A stretch of 64,000 nt of DNA from Comamonadaceae bacterium (GTDB lineage: Bacteria; Pseudomonadota; Gammaproteobacteria; Burkholderiales; Burkholderiaceae_C). Numbering within the stretch: position 1 is the stretch's first letter; every line of letters begins with the position of its first letter. The stretch covers positions 9,161 to 73,160 of the forward strand of contig CANFLX010000008.1 of the NCBI GenBank assembly GCA_947447985.1, given 5' to 3'. Of this stretch, positions 45,612-55,370 are shown piece after piece. The notes under the pieces were generated by a model that was not told the DNA's origin, did not search any database, and saw only the letters and a list, made by a program, of their open reading frames with translations. Position numbers and translations under genes: made by a program.

Positions 45612-47237
45612 TCAGGCGTTGTCCGCCAGGATCATGTCGGCGGCTTTTTCCGCCACCATGATCACCGGTGCATTGGTGTTGCCCGAGGTCACCGAAGGGA
45701 ACACCGAGGCGTCCACCACCCGAAGGCGGCGCATGCCGTGCACCCGCAGGCGGGCGTCCACCACCGACGTTTCGGGCATGGGGCCCATGGCGCAGGTGCA
45801 GGAGGCGTGGTAGACCGAGCCGCCGCGCTTCGCAAAGTCGGCAAAGATGGCTTCCTCACTCTGCACCTGCGCGCCCGGCAGGTGCTCGCTTTCCACAATA
45901 TCGGCCAGCGGTGCGGTGGCGGCAATGCGGCGCACCATGCGCGCGCCTTCCACGATGTCCTGGCGGTCGTGCGAGGTGGTCAAAAAGTGGGTCGTGATCA
46001 GGGGTTTGTCGTTCGGATTGGCCGATTGAATCAGCACGCTGCCCCGGCTGGTCGGGCGGCAGGTGTTGAATGAAATCAAAAAGGCCGGGAACGGGTCCGG
46101 GTTTTGCAGCTGAAAACGCTTGCCTACCGGCGCCGTGTTGGCGGTGTAGCTGATGGGGTTGAAATACAGGTGCAAATTCGGCTGGGCCAGGCCCTCGCGG
46201 CTGCGCACAAAGGCGCCGGCCTGGTTCACGCTCATGCCCAGTGGCCCTTTGCGGTTGAACAAATAGCGCATGCCCGCCCACACCTTGCCGTACCAAGGGC
46301 CCAGGGTGTTGTTCAGGGTGGGTACTTTGGATTTGAAGAAATAGGACACGCACAAATGGTCTTGCAGGCCCTGTCCCACGGCGGGCAAGTGGTGCACCAC
46401 GGGCACACCCTTGGCACGCAAATGTTGCGCGTCGCCAACCCCGGAAAGCTGCAAGAGTTGCGGTGAATTGATGGCGCCGCCGCTCAAAATAACTTCTTTG
46501 CGGCACCTGAATTGCTGGCGCACCCCTTTGACGACGCACTCCACGCCCACCGCCTCACGCTCTTGCAGCAGCACCCGCTGCACCAGGGCATGGGTCAGCA
46601 CCGTCAGATTGCTGCGGTGCATGGCGGGGCGCAAAAAGGCGTTGGAGGTGGAGGCCCGCACGCCCTTGCGGATCGTCATTTGCCACAGGCCGAAACCTTC
46701 TTTGCGTTCGCCGTTGAAGTCGCTGGTGCGGCCGTAGCCCAGGGCGTCGCCAGCCTTGAGAAAACGCTCGCACAAGGGATGGACCTGGTCGGCAAAGTCG
46801 CTGACCGCAAGTTCGCCGCCTGCGCCGTGGTGCGCATTGGCGCCAAAGACGTGGTCTTCCGACTTTTTGAAATAGGGCAGCACCTCGCTCCAGCCCCAGC
46901 CAGGGTTGCCCGCATCGCGCCATTCGTCGTAGTCGGCGTGCTGGCCGCGCATATAGACCATGGCATTGAGCGAGCTGCTACCCCCCAGCACCTTGCCGCG
47001 CGGCCAAAACGAGGTGCGGCCATCGAGCGCCGGGTCGGGCGCTGTGGTGTACATCCAGTTGTACTTGGGGTCGGAAAAAGTGAGACCGTAGCCCAGCGGC
47101 ACTTGGATCAATGGGCTGCGGTCGGAGCCACCGGCCTCGAGGAGCAGCACCCGGTCTTGGCCGCTGGCGCTCAGGCGGTTGGCCAGCACGCAACCGGCCG
47201 AGCCTGCGCCGACGATGATGTAGTCGTATTCGTTCAT
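45612..47237 (-). CDS. GMC family FAD oxidoreductase (choline dehydrogenase-like)
   Basis: Start set at ATG 47237 (MNEYDYIIVGAGSAGCVLANRLS). GKVLGGSSSLNAMVY, and the C-terminal active-site region HASCTCAMG...VVDASVFP. Confidence 0.9.
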   Translation of the reverse strand: MNEYDYIIVGAGSAGCVLANRLSASGQDRVLLLEAGGSDRSPLIQVPLGYGLTFSDPKYNWMYTTAPDPALDGRTSFWPRGKVLGGSSSLNAMVYMRGQHADYDEWRDAGNPGWGWSEVLPYFKKSEDHVFGANAHHGAGGELAVSDFADQVHPLCERFLKAGDALGYGRTSDFNGERKEGFGLWQMTIRKGVRASTSNAFLRPAMHRSNLTVLTHALVQRVLLQEREAVGVECVVKGVRQQFRCRKEVILSGGAINSPQLLQLSGVGDAQHLRAKGVPVVHHLPAVGQGLQDHLCVSYFFKSKVPTLNNTLGPWYGKVWAGMRYLFNRKGPLGMSVNQAGAFVRSREGLAQPNLHLYFNPISYTANTAPVGKRFQLQNPDPFPAFLISFNTCRPTSRGSVLIQSANPNDKPLITTHFLTTSHDRQDIVEGARMVRRIAATAPLADIVESEHLPGAQVQSEEAIFADFAKRGGSVYHASCTCAMGPMPETSVVDARLRVHGMRRLRVVDASVFPSVTSGNTNAPVIMVAEKAADMILADNA

Positions 47238-47383
47238 GGCGGGGAGTATCGCGCGCTCAGGCGGTGGCTTCAGGTGTTGGACAGGGAACGGATGGCGGGC
47301 CAGCCTCTGCATGCATACTATGCAAGAGATTGAATGCTCACAATGCGTTCAAATAAAGTAATTGCCTCGTCCAATGCCCCTGT

Positions 47384-48775
47384 ATGTCCTTTGAACAACT
47401 GATTTCCACTGCCAGTCTGGGCGACGGCAGCAAGCCTAAATACCAGTCAATCGCCGAAGACCTGGCCCAGGCCATTCTGAACGGGCAGGTGCCCATGGGC
47501 GAAAAATTGCCTCCCCAGCGCAATTTGGCGCACCGCCTGGGCGTTACCACCGGCACCATCAGCCGCGCCTATGCGATCTTGGAGCGCCAAGGCCTGGCCA
47601 CCGCGCGGGTGGGCGATGGCACTTATGTGCGCTCGGCAGAGCATGCATCGCCCAGCGCCGAGTTTGAACACCAGCAAGCCATTGACCTGGCCCACAACGT
47701 GGCCATGGTGGGCGACGAGTCGCAGGCGCTACAAACGGCTTTTCAAACTTTGTCCCAGGACCCTGAGCTGATGCGCCAGGTGCTGAGCTACCAAAGCGAG
47801 ACCGGCATGCGCCGCCACCGCGAAGCCGGCGCCCAGTGGCTGCGCCGCTTTGGCACCAGCGGCCAGTGGAACCGGGTCATGGTCACGCACGGCGCCCAGC
47901 ACGGCCTGGCCTGCGTCTTGCGCACCGTGGCGCGGCCCGGTGACGCGGTGTTGACCGAGTCGCTCAGCTACCCCGGCTTGCAGGCCTTGGCCCGCTCCAT
48001 GCGGCTGCAGCTGATTGGGGTAGAAACCGACGACGAAGGCATGGTGCCGCAAGCGCTGGAGCGCGCTGCCAAAACCTTCGACACCAAATTTGTCTATTGC
48101 GCGCCCACGCTGCACAACCCCACCGGCGCCACCATGTCCATGGCGCGGCGCGAAGCGGTGGCGGCCGTCATGCGCGCGCACGGCCTGTTCATCATCGAAG
48201 ACTGCGTGCACGCCGCCATGCAGGCCCACCCCTTGCCTGCCTTGTCGACCTGGCTGCCCGAGCAGTCGTTCTTGCTCAGCAGCTTTTCCAAAGTGCTGGC
48301 GCCGGGGCTGCGCGTGGGCTATGTCGAGGCGGCACCCGCCTGGCTGAGCAAGTTTGCCGCCAGCATGCGCGCCGACAGCTGGATGGTGGCGCCGCTGCTG
48401 CCCGAAATCGCCACCCGCTGGCTGGAGAGTGGCGCCATGGAAGACCTGATCGCCCAGCAACGCCACATGACGTCGCAGCGCTTGGCACGCGCCCATGCGG
48501 TGCTTCAGGGCCTGGACTTCAAGACCGACCCCGACTTTCCGCTGATCTGGCTGCCCCTGCCCGAACCCTGGCGTGCTGGGCAATTTGCGGCAGCTCTGCG
48601 CCAGTCGGGCGTTTTGGTACGCACCGCCGACCACTTTGCCGTGGGGCGGTCCCCCGCGCCGCACGCGATTCGCATCAGCTTGAACGCGCCAGCCTCGGTC
48701 GATGAACTCGAGTCCGGTCTGCGCATTTTGAAAGCCCTCGTTGACAACCCGCCGTCGATGGCGATGGACCCTTGA
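47384..48775 (+). CDS. MocR-family regulator (GntR wHTH fused to aminotransferase-like domain)
   Basis: N-terminal LPPQRNLAHRLGVTTGTISRAYAILERQGL. The C-terminal fold-type I domain carries SFSKVLAPGLRVGY (PLP-Lys motif). Divergent from the oxidoreductase operon. Confidence 0.85.
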   Translation: MSFEQLISTASLGDGSKPKYQSIAEDLAQAILNGQVPMGEKLPPQRNLAHRLGVTTGTISRAYAILERQGLATARVGDGTYVRSAEHASPSAEFEHQQAIDLAHNVAMVGDESQALQTAFQTLSQDPELMRQVLSYQSETGMRRHREAGAQWLRRFGTSGQWNRVMVTHGAQHGLACVLRTVARPGDAVLTESLSYPGLQALARSMRLQLIGVETDDEGMVPQALERAAKTFDTKFVYCAPTLHNPTGATMSMARREAVAAVMRAHGLFIIEDCVHAAMQAHPLPALSTWLPEQSFLLSSFSKVLAPGLRVGYVEAAPAWLSKFAASMRADSWMVAPLLPEIATRWLESGAMEDLIAQQRHMTSQRLARAHAVLQGLDFKTDPDFPLIWLPLPEPWRAGQFAAALRQSGVLVRTADHFAVGRSPAPHAIRISLNAPASVDELESGLRILKALVDNPPSMAMDP

Positions 48776-48838
48776 GCGCGATCGCTGGTCGGTAATTTCC
48801 CCATTGCGCGCCCTAGCGATGCTGCCTAAGCTGGTGCT

Positions 48839-49651
48839 ATGACTTCCAGCACAGCTCACCAAGACAGCGGCCCTGCGCCGTATGTGCCGCCACCGCCTGA
48901 GACGCCAGGCAACACGGTGGCTGTTTTGCAATGGCGCGATCCGTGGGTGTGGCTGGCACGCGGCTGGCAAGACATGCGCCGCGCCAAGGGTATCGCGCTG
49001 TTTTACGGCCTGTGCTTTTGGTTGATGGCGGTGCTGCTGGCGGCGGTGTTTCGCCATTCCCCGGAGTACGTCATTTCCATGGCCTCGGGCTGCCTCTTGG
49101 TGGGGCCGTTTTTGGCAATGGGCTTGTACGACGTGAGCCGCCGCCATGCGCTGGGTCTGTCGCCAGAGCTGTCCCATTCGCTGACCTGCTGGGATCGCAA
49201 TTTGCGCAGCATGGGCTTGTTGGTGTTGGTGCTGATCGTGCTCGAGTTGCTCTGGGGTCGTGCATCGCTGGTGGTGTTTGCTGTTTTTTTCAACACCGGC
49301 ATGCCATCCACCACCAGCGTGATCCAGGCCGTGTTCAACATCGACAACTGGGAATTTCTGGTGGTTTACCTGATCGTGGGCAGCGGCTTTGCGGGCATTG
49401 TTTTCGCGACCGCTGCGGTCTCTATTCCCATGATTTTGGACCGCGACACCGACGCCGTCTCTGCCGCCATCACCAGTCTGCAAGTGGTGTTTACCAACTT
49501 TGGCGTGATGGTGTTTTGGGGCCTGCTGCTGACCGTGATGGTCTTGCTGGCGCTGCTGCCCTGGGGCTTGGGCCTGCTGGTGGTCGGCCCCTGGCTGGGG
49601 CACGCCACCTGGCATGCCTACCGGGGCAGCGTGCTGTGGCCTGAGGCTTAG
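48839..49651 (+). CDS. Integral membrane protein, DUF2189-like
   Basis: About 5 TM helices. The N-terminal W..RGWQDMRRA motif resembles DUF2189 from memory only. Confidence 0.45.
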   Translation: MTSSTAHQDSGPAPYVPPPPETPGNTVAVLQWRDPWVWLARGWQDMRRAKGIALFYGLCFWLMAVLLAAVFRHSPEYVISMASGCLLVGPFLAMGLYDVSRRHALGLSPELSHSLTCWDRNLRSMGLLVLVLIVLELLWGRASLVVFAVFFNTGMPSTTSVIQAVFNIDNWEFLVVYLIVGSGFAGIVFATAAVSIPMILDRDTDAVSAAITSLQVVFTNFGVMVFWGLLLTVMVLLALLPWGLGLLVVGPWLGHATWHAYRGSVLWPEA

Positions 49652-50106
49652 GGCTCGACCTCGGCAATCATTTCAATCTCGACACAGGCCCCCATCGGGA
49701 TTTGTGCGACGCCAAAGGCGCTGCGGGCATGGGCGCCGCGCGCACCAAAAATTTCACCGATCAATTCGCTGGCGCCATTGGTCACCAAATGCTGCTCGGT
49801 GAAGCTGCCGGTGGAGTTGACCAGTGACATCAGCTTCACGATGCGCGTGACCCGGTTGAGGTCGCCCACAGCGGCATGCAGTGTGCCAAGCAAGTCAATG
49901 GCAATGGCGCGCGCAGCTTGTTTGCCTTCAGCCGTGTCCATGGTGGCACCCAGCTGACCGACCCAGGCCTTGCCGTCTTTTTTCGCGATATGGCCGCTTA
50001 AAAAAACCAGCTTGCCGGTTTGCACAAATGGCACATAAGCCGCGGCCGGTGTAGCGACCGGGGGCAGGGTGATGTTCAGGGTGGCGAGGGTGTCGTAAAT
50101 GTTCAT
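49648..50106 (-). CDS. RidA/YjgF family protein
   Basis: Start set at ATG 50106. LVFLSGHIA, and C-terminal RSAFGVAQIPMGACVEIEMIAEV typical of RidA-family trimers. Confidence 0.8.
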   Translation of the reverse strand: MNIYDTLATLNITLPPVATPAAAYVPFVQTGKLVFLSGHIAKKDGKAWVGQLGATMDTAEGKQAARAIAIDLLGTLHAAVGDLNRVTRIVKLMSLVNSTGSFTEQHLVTNGASELIGEIFGARGAHARSAFGVAQIPMGACVEIEMIAEVEP

Positions 50107-50220
50107 GGCGATTCCATCAAGGCAGTTCATCGGGGATAGGTGAGCGCGGCCGGGTGTGGCGCGCAGGCTCTATTGTCGCTCCGGGGCCCTGCGTGCCGAA
50201 CCCGCCGATAAGATCGCGCC

Positions 50221-52854
50221 ATGATGATTGCCAATTCCGAAACAGATATGCGATGGAGCCAAGGATTGCTGTGGGGTATGGCAGCGGTTGCCGGTGTGGC
50301 CTTGCAGTTGCAGCAGCCGGAACTGTGGCCTGTTGCGGCCTATGGCCAGTGCCTGGTGATTGGTTTCTTGGTGATTGCCGGCGGCTATTGGGGCACCCGG
50401 GGGGTGCGCCGATTGAGGGATTTCAAAAGGCGATGGGTGGCGCTCGGGTCGTGGTGGTTGCAAGCCTGTCTGGTCCTCGGATTTGCGGGTGCTGCGTTCG
50501 CGCTTGTGGGTCTGCGCGCCTGCGCTTTTGACGCCAAGCGCCTGGACCCAGCCCTCGAGGGACGTGATCTGCAAGTCGTGGGCGTGGTGCGCGACCTGAC
50601 GCAAAACACCGCCAGCGGGCTGCGGTTTCGGCTGCAGGTGGAGTCGGCCAAGCTGGACGGGCAGGCTGTTCAGGTACCGCCGCGAATCGACGTGGGTTGG
50701 TACCTGGGCCTGGCACCGCGCGGCGCTGGATCGGACATGAGCGAATGGGAATGGCAAGGCCAACCGCAAGCGCTGCTGCCAGGGCAACGCTGGCGCTTCA
50801 CCCTGCGTCTCAAGGCGCCCCACGGCAGCCGCAATCCGCTGGGGTTTGACTACGAGCTCTGGTTGTGGACGCAAGGCGTACAGGCCACGGCCTATGTGCG
50901 TGCAGGGCCCCACGACCTGCCACCGCAATGGCTGGCCGATACCTGGGCGTATCCCGTGGCTAGCCTGCGGCAGTTTGTGCGCTTGCGCATCCTGTCACAG
51001 GTGAGCGACCCGCCATCCGCAGGGTTGATTGCCGCCTTGGTCGTGGGCGATCAGGCCGCGATTGAACGCGCGGACTGGGATGTATTTCGCGCCACTGGCG
51101 TGGCGCATCTGGTGAGCATTTCCGGACTGCACATCACCATGTTCGCCTGGGGTGCCCGGTGGTTGGTCAGTGCCCTATGGCGGCGTTCGCAGCGTTTGTG
51201 CCTGCGGCTGCCCGCACCGACGGCAGCGCTTTTGGGCGGCATGCTGCTGGCCTTGGCTTATTCGCTTTTTTCCGGCTGGGGTGTGCCGGCCCAGCGCACC
51301 TGTGTGATGCTGGCTTGTGTCGGGCTGCTGCGCATCAGCGGCGTGCGCTGGCCCTGGCCACCGGTGTGGCTGCTCGCTTTTGTGGCGGTACTGGTCAGTG
51401 ACCCTTGGGCGCTGCTGCAGGCAGGTTTTTGGCTGAGCTTCGTCGCGGTGGGGGTCTTGTTTGCCAGTGATCCGGGCGGCCACCCCACCGCACCCGTCAA
51501 GCGCCGCGCAAAGGTTCAAGCGGCATCGCAGACGGACCCGCGGGACGACTTAGACACCGTAGCCTTGCCAACACAGAACCCCACCCAGCACTGGAGTCGC
51601 CGCTATGTACACGCCTTGTTCCTGCGTTTGGGGTCGGGTCTGCAAACCGTGGCGCGGGAACAGTGGACCATCACGCTGGCTTTGGCGCCTTTGACCCTTT
51701 TCTTATTTGGCCAGGTGTCGCTGGTGGGCTTGCTGGCGAATATGGTGGCCGTGCCGTGGGTGACCTTGGTGTTGACGCCGCTGGCCATGGTGGGCGCGGT
51801 GTTTCCGTGGGCGCTGGACGCCGCAGCTCTGGCAGCACAGGGTTTGATGTCCGTTTTGCAGGCCATGGCACTGTGGCCTGCCGCCGTGGTGCAGTGGGCC
51901 GTGCCGCCGCTTTGGATTGCAGTCGCAGCCACGCTGGGTGGCTTGATGCTGGTCGCGCCCGGCCCCTGGAGTTTGCGCTTGCTGGGCTTGCCTTTGCTGC
52001 TGGCAGTGCCCCTGTGGCAGGCACCGACACCGGCTGACGGCACCTTTGAATTGCTGGCGGCCGATGTGGGGCAGGGCAATGCGGTACTGGTGCGCACCCG
52101 CCACCACGCCTTGCTCTACGACACCGGCCCACGCTACAGCCTGGACAGCGATGCCGGGCACCGCGTGCTGGTGCCCCTTCTGCAGTCCCGGCAAATCCAC
52201 CTCGACCGCGTCGTGCTCAGCCACCGCGACACCGACCACGTGGGCGGCGCGGCGGCTGTGCTGGCGACCCAAGCCGAAGCCGATCTCTGGAGTTCGCTGT
52301 CCACCGACCATCCGCTGCTCGCAGGGCGTACCACGCAGCGTTGCAAAGCGGGGCAGGCCTGGGACTGGGACGGCGTGCATTTCCAGGTTTTGCACCCGCG
52401 CCCGCAAGACTACGACGTCCAACCGCCACCCAAACCCAATGCCTTGTCCTGCGTGCTGCGCATCGACGCGGGCGGGCAAAGCGCTTTGTTGGTGGGTGAC
52501 ATTGAGCGGCTGCAGGAGGCGGAGCTCACTGCACGCCAAGGTGACACGCTGCGGTCGACAGTTCTGCTGGCGCCTCACCATGGCAGCAAAACATCCAGCA
52601 GCGCTGAGTTTTTGGCCGCCGTGCAGCCCGAGTGGGTGCTGATTCAAGCGGGCTATCGCAACCGCTATGGCCATCCGGCACCCGAGGTGCTGGCCCGCTA
52701 CCAGGCATTGGGGGAGCGCAACGGCGAGGGCAGGCGCCTGCAGATCGTCGATACGCCCCATTGTGGTGCGTTTGAATGGCAATCCAAGCTGCCCCACAAT
52801 GGGGCATGTGCACGCGAAACAGGGCAGCGCTACTGGCACCACCGGCTGCCTTGA
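50221..52854 (+). CDS. comEC: DNA internalization-related competence protein ComEC/Rec2
   Basis: Polytopic competence domain (VSISGLHITM) plus a C-terminal metallo-beta-lactamase domain (LSHRDTDHVGG, APHHGS). Confidence 0.85.
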   Translation: MMIANSETDMRWSQGLLWGMAAVAGVALQLQQPELWPVAAYGQCLVIGFLVIAGGYWGTRGVRRLRDFKRRWVALGSWWLQACLVLGFAGAAFALVGLRACAFDAKRLDPALEGRDLQVVGVVRDLTQNTASGLRFRLQVESAKLDGQAVQVPPRIDVGWYLGLAPRGAGSDMSEWEWQGQPQALLPGQRWRFTLRLKAPHGSRNPLGFDYELWLWTQGVQATAYVRAGPHDLPPQWLADTWAYPVASLRQFVRLRILSQVSDPPSAGLIAALVVGDQAAIERADWDVFRATGVAHLVSISGLHITMFAWGARWLVSALWRRSQRLCLRLPAPTAALLGGMLLALAYSLFSGWGVPAQRTCVMLACVGLLRISGVRWPWPPVWLLAFVAVLVSDPWALLQAGFWLSFVAVGVLFASDPGGHPTAPVKRRAKVQAASQTDPRDDLDTVALPTQNPTQHWSRRYVHALFLRLGSGLQTVAREQWTITLALAPLTLFLFGQVSLVGLLANMVAVPWVTLVLTPLAMVGAVFPWALDAAALAAQGLMSVLQAMALWPAAVVQWAVPPLWIAVAATLGGLMLVAPGPWSLRLLGLPLLLAVPLWQAPTPADGTFELLAADVGQGNAVLVRTRHHALLYDTGPRYSLDSDAGHRVLVPLLQSRQIHLDRVVLSHRDTDHVGGAAAVLATQAEADLWSSLSTDHPLLAGRTTQRCKAGQAWDWDGVHFQVLHPRPQDYDVQPPPKPNALSCVLRIDAGGQSALLVGDIERLQEAELTARQGDTLRSTVLLAPHHGSKTSSSAEFLAAVQPEWVLIQAGYRNRYGHPAPEVLARYQALGERNGEGRRLQIVDTPHCGAFEWQSKLPHNGACARETGQRYWHHRLP

Positions 52855-52930
52855 GCGAAAACTTGTGAATGGACAGGGCTGAATTGGCCTGAGTCTTGCG
52901 TAACACGATGGAAAGTGAAGGTCTGTACCC

Positions 52931-54388
52931 ATGCATACATTTGACGAAATGGTGGCGAAGTTGCCCTACGGTGACCTGGCCGACAACGCGCAGGTGCGCG
53001 AGCACTACCTTGCCTACGCCCAATGGCTGTCACGCCAAAGTGCCGAGACCATGGCGCACCGGCGCGAAGAAGCGGAGATGATTTTTCGCCGTGTCGGCAT
53101 CACCTTTGCGGTCTATGGCGAAAAAGACGAAGACGGTGCAGGCACCGAGCGATTGATTCCTTTCGACCTGATTCCCCGCGTGATTCCGGCGCACGAGTGG
53201 AAGTCCATGGAAAAAGGCCTGGTGCAGCGGGTCACCGCGCTCAACCGCTTCATTCATGACGTCTACCACGAGCAGGACATTATTCGCGCCGGTATCGTGC
53301 CGCGCGAGCAGATCGAGCACAACGCCCAGTTCCGCAAAGAGATGGTCGGCGTGGCCGTGCCGCACCAGATTTATTCGCACATTTCAGGCATCGACATCGT
53401 GCGCGCACCCAATGCGCAGGGGCAGGGCGAGTACTACGTGCTCGAAGACAATCTGCGTGTTCCCAGCGGTGTGAGCTACATGCTGGAAGACCGCAAGATG
53501 ATGATGCGTCTCTTCCCGGAGCTGTTCAACAGCCACCGCGTGGCACCCATTGCCCACTACCCCGACTTGCTGCTCGAAACGCTGCGCGCCAGCTGTCCCG
53601 CCAGCACGGCCGAGCCCACGGTGGTGGTGCTCACGCCCGGCATGTACAACAGCGCCTACTTTGAGCACGCCTTTTTGGCCCAGCAAATGGGCGTGGAGCT
53701 GGTCGAAGGGCAAGACCTGGTGGTCAAAGACAACTTTGTTTACATGCGCACCACGCGTGGCCTGCGCCGGGTGGACGTGATTTACCGCCGCGTGGACGAT
53801 GACTTTTTGGACCCCACGGTGTTCCGCCCCACGTCCACCCTGGGTTGCCCCGGTTTGCTCAACGCCTACCGCGCGGGCAACGTCACCATCTGCAACGCCG
53901 TGGGCACGGGCATCGCGGACGACAAGTCGATCTACCCCTATGTGCCGCAAATGATCGAGTTCTACCTGGGCGAGAAACCCATTTTGAACAACGTCCCCAC
54001 CTTCCAGTGCCGCAAGCCCGACGACCTGGCCTACACCTTGGCACATCTGAAAGACCTGGTGGTCAAGGAAGTGCATGGCGCAGGCGGCTACGGCATGCTG
54101 GTCGGCCCTGCAGCCAGCAGCGCCGAGATTGAAATCTTCCGCCAGGCCTTGCTGGCCAATCCGGGCGGCTACATTGCCCAGCCCACACTCAGCCTCTCGA
54201 CCTGTCCGACCTATGTGGACAGCGGCATTGCGCCGCGCCATATTGATTTGCGGCCCTATGTGCTGAGTGGCAAAACGGTGCAAATGGTGCCTGGCGGCCT
54301 CACGCGCGTGGCGCTACAAGAAGGCTCGCTGGTGGTGAACTCGTCGCAGGGCGGTGGCACCAAAGACACCTGGATTCTGGAGGAATAA
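52931..54388 (+). CDS. Circularly permuted type-2 ATP-grasp protein (COG2308; DUF404/DUF407)
   Basis: 485 aa. Family-typical FAVYGE...ERLIPFDLIPRVI, YVLEDNLRVPSGVSYMLE and C-terminal NSSQGGGTKDTWIL. Confidence 0.8.
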   Translation: MHTFDEMVAKLPYGDLADNAQVREHYLAYAQWLSRQSAETMAHRREEAEMIFRRVGITFAVYGEKDEDGAGTERLIPFDLIPRVIPAHEWKSMEKGLVQRVTALNRFIHDVYHEQDIIRAGIVPREQIEHNAQFRKEMVGVAVPHQIYSHISGIDIVRAPNAQGQGEYYVLEDNLRVPSGVSYMLEDRKMMMRLFPELFNSHRVAPIAHYPDLLLETLRASCPASTAEPTVVVLTPGMYNSAYFEHAFLAQQMGVELVEGQDLVVKDNFVYMRTTRGLRRVDVIYRRVDDDFLDPTVFRPTSTLGCPGLLNAYRAGNVTICNAVGTGIADDKSIYPYVPQMIEFYLGEKPILNNVPTFQCRKPDDLAYTLAHLKDLVVKEVHGAGGYGMLVGPAASSAEIEIFRQALLANPGGYIAQPTLSLSTCPTYVDSGIAPRHIDLRPYVLSGKTVQMVPGGLTRVALQEGSLVVNSSQGGGTKDTWILEE

Positions 54389-54390
54389 CC

Positions 54391-55347
54391 ATGCTCAGCC
54401 GCACTGCCGACCATTTGTATTGGATGTCGCGCTACACCGAGCGCGCCGAAAACACCGCCCGCATGCTGGACGTGAACTACCAGACCGCACTCTTGGGCCA
54501 AACCGAAGCCTCCGAAGAACGCAGCTGGCGCGGTTTGCTGAGCATCAGCGAGTTGCTACCCGCGTATACCCAGCGCCACAAGGCGGTGCGGGCCAAAGAG
54601 GTCATGGACTTCATGGTGCGCGACGAGAGCAACCCTTCGAGCATCCTGTCCTGCCTGAGCGCCGCCCGTGAAAACGCCCGCGCCGTGCGTGGCACCTTGA
54701 CCACCGAGGTGTGGGAGACCCACAACCAAACCTGGCTGGAGGTCAAACGCATGGCCTCGAGTGACAGTTTTGAGCGTGACCCTTCGCAGTTTTTTGAGTG
54801 GGTGAAATTTCGCTCCCATCTCTCGCGTGGCGTGACGGTGGGCACCATGCTGATGGACGAGTCGCTGCACTTTATGCGCCTAGGTACTTTTCTGGAACGG
54901 GCCGACAACACCGCACGTTTGGTGGACGTCAAGTTCCATGGCGGCGGCGCGGACTTTATGGACGCCAATCCGGCGATCGAGCACGAAGGCGACTTTTACC
55001 ACTGGAGTGCGGTGCTGCGCAGCGTGTCGGCCTTCGAGATTTACCGCAAGGTCTACCGCGATGTGATCCGCCCCGAGCGGGTCGCGGAGCTGTTGATACT
55101 GAAAGCCGACATGCCGCGCTCGCTGCATGCCTCGCTGGTGGAAGTGCTCAACAACCTGGAACGTGTGACCAGCGACCCCGAAAGCGAAACCCTGCGCCGC
55201 GCGGGCAAGCTGCGTGCGCAGCTGCAGTACGGCCGCATCAATGAAATTCTGGCGACCGGTCTGCACGCCTTTTTGACCCAGTTTTTGGACCGGGTCAACG
55301 ACTTGGGTGTGCAGGTGAGCCGGGAATTTTTGGTTCCAGTCAACTGA
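54391..55347 (+). CDS. Alpha-E domain protein (COG2307; DUF403)
   Basis: MLSRTADHLYWMSRYTERAENTARMLDV is the canonical alpha-E N-terminus. It starts 3 nt after the ATP-grasp stop. Confidence 0.8.
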   Translation: MLSRTADHLYWMSRYTERAENTARMLDVNYQTALLGQTEASEERSWRGLLSISELLPAYTQRHKAVRAKEVMDFMVRDESNPSSILSCLSAARENARAVRGTLTTEVWETHNQTWLEVKRMASSDSFERDPSQFFEWVKFRSHLSRGVTVGTMLMDESLHFMRLGTFLERADNTARLVDVKFHGGGADFMDANPAIEHEGDFYHWSAVLRSVSAFEIYRKVYRDVIRPERVAELLILKADMPRSLHASLVEVLNNLERVTSDPESETLRRAGKLRAQLQYGRINEILATGLHAFLTQFLDRVNDLGVQVSREFLVPVN

Positions 55348-55370
55348 GCCCACCCGAGACGCCGCTTTGC

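Noticed and set aside
47729-49615. A 628-aa ORF lies antisense to the MocR and DUF2189-like genes.
   Set aside because: It is Gln/His/Arg/Gly-rich low-complexity sequence and spans two well-supported genes on the opposite strand.
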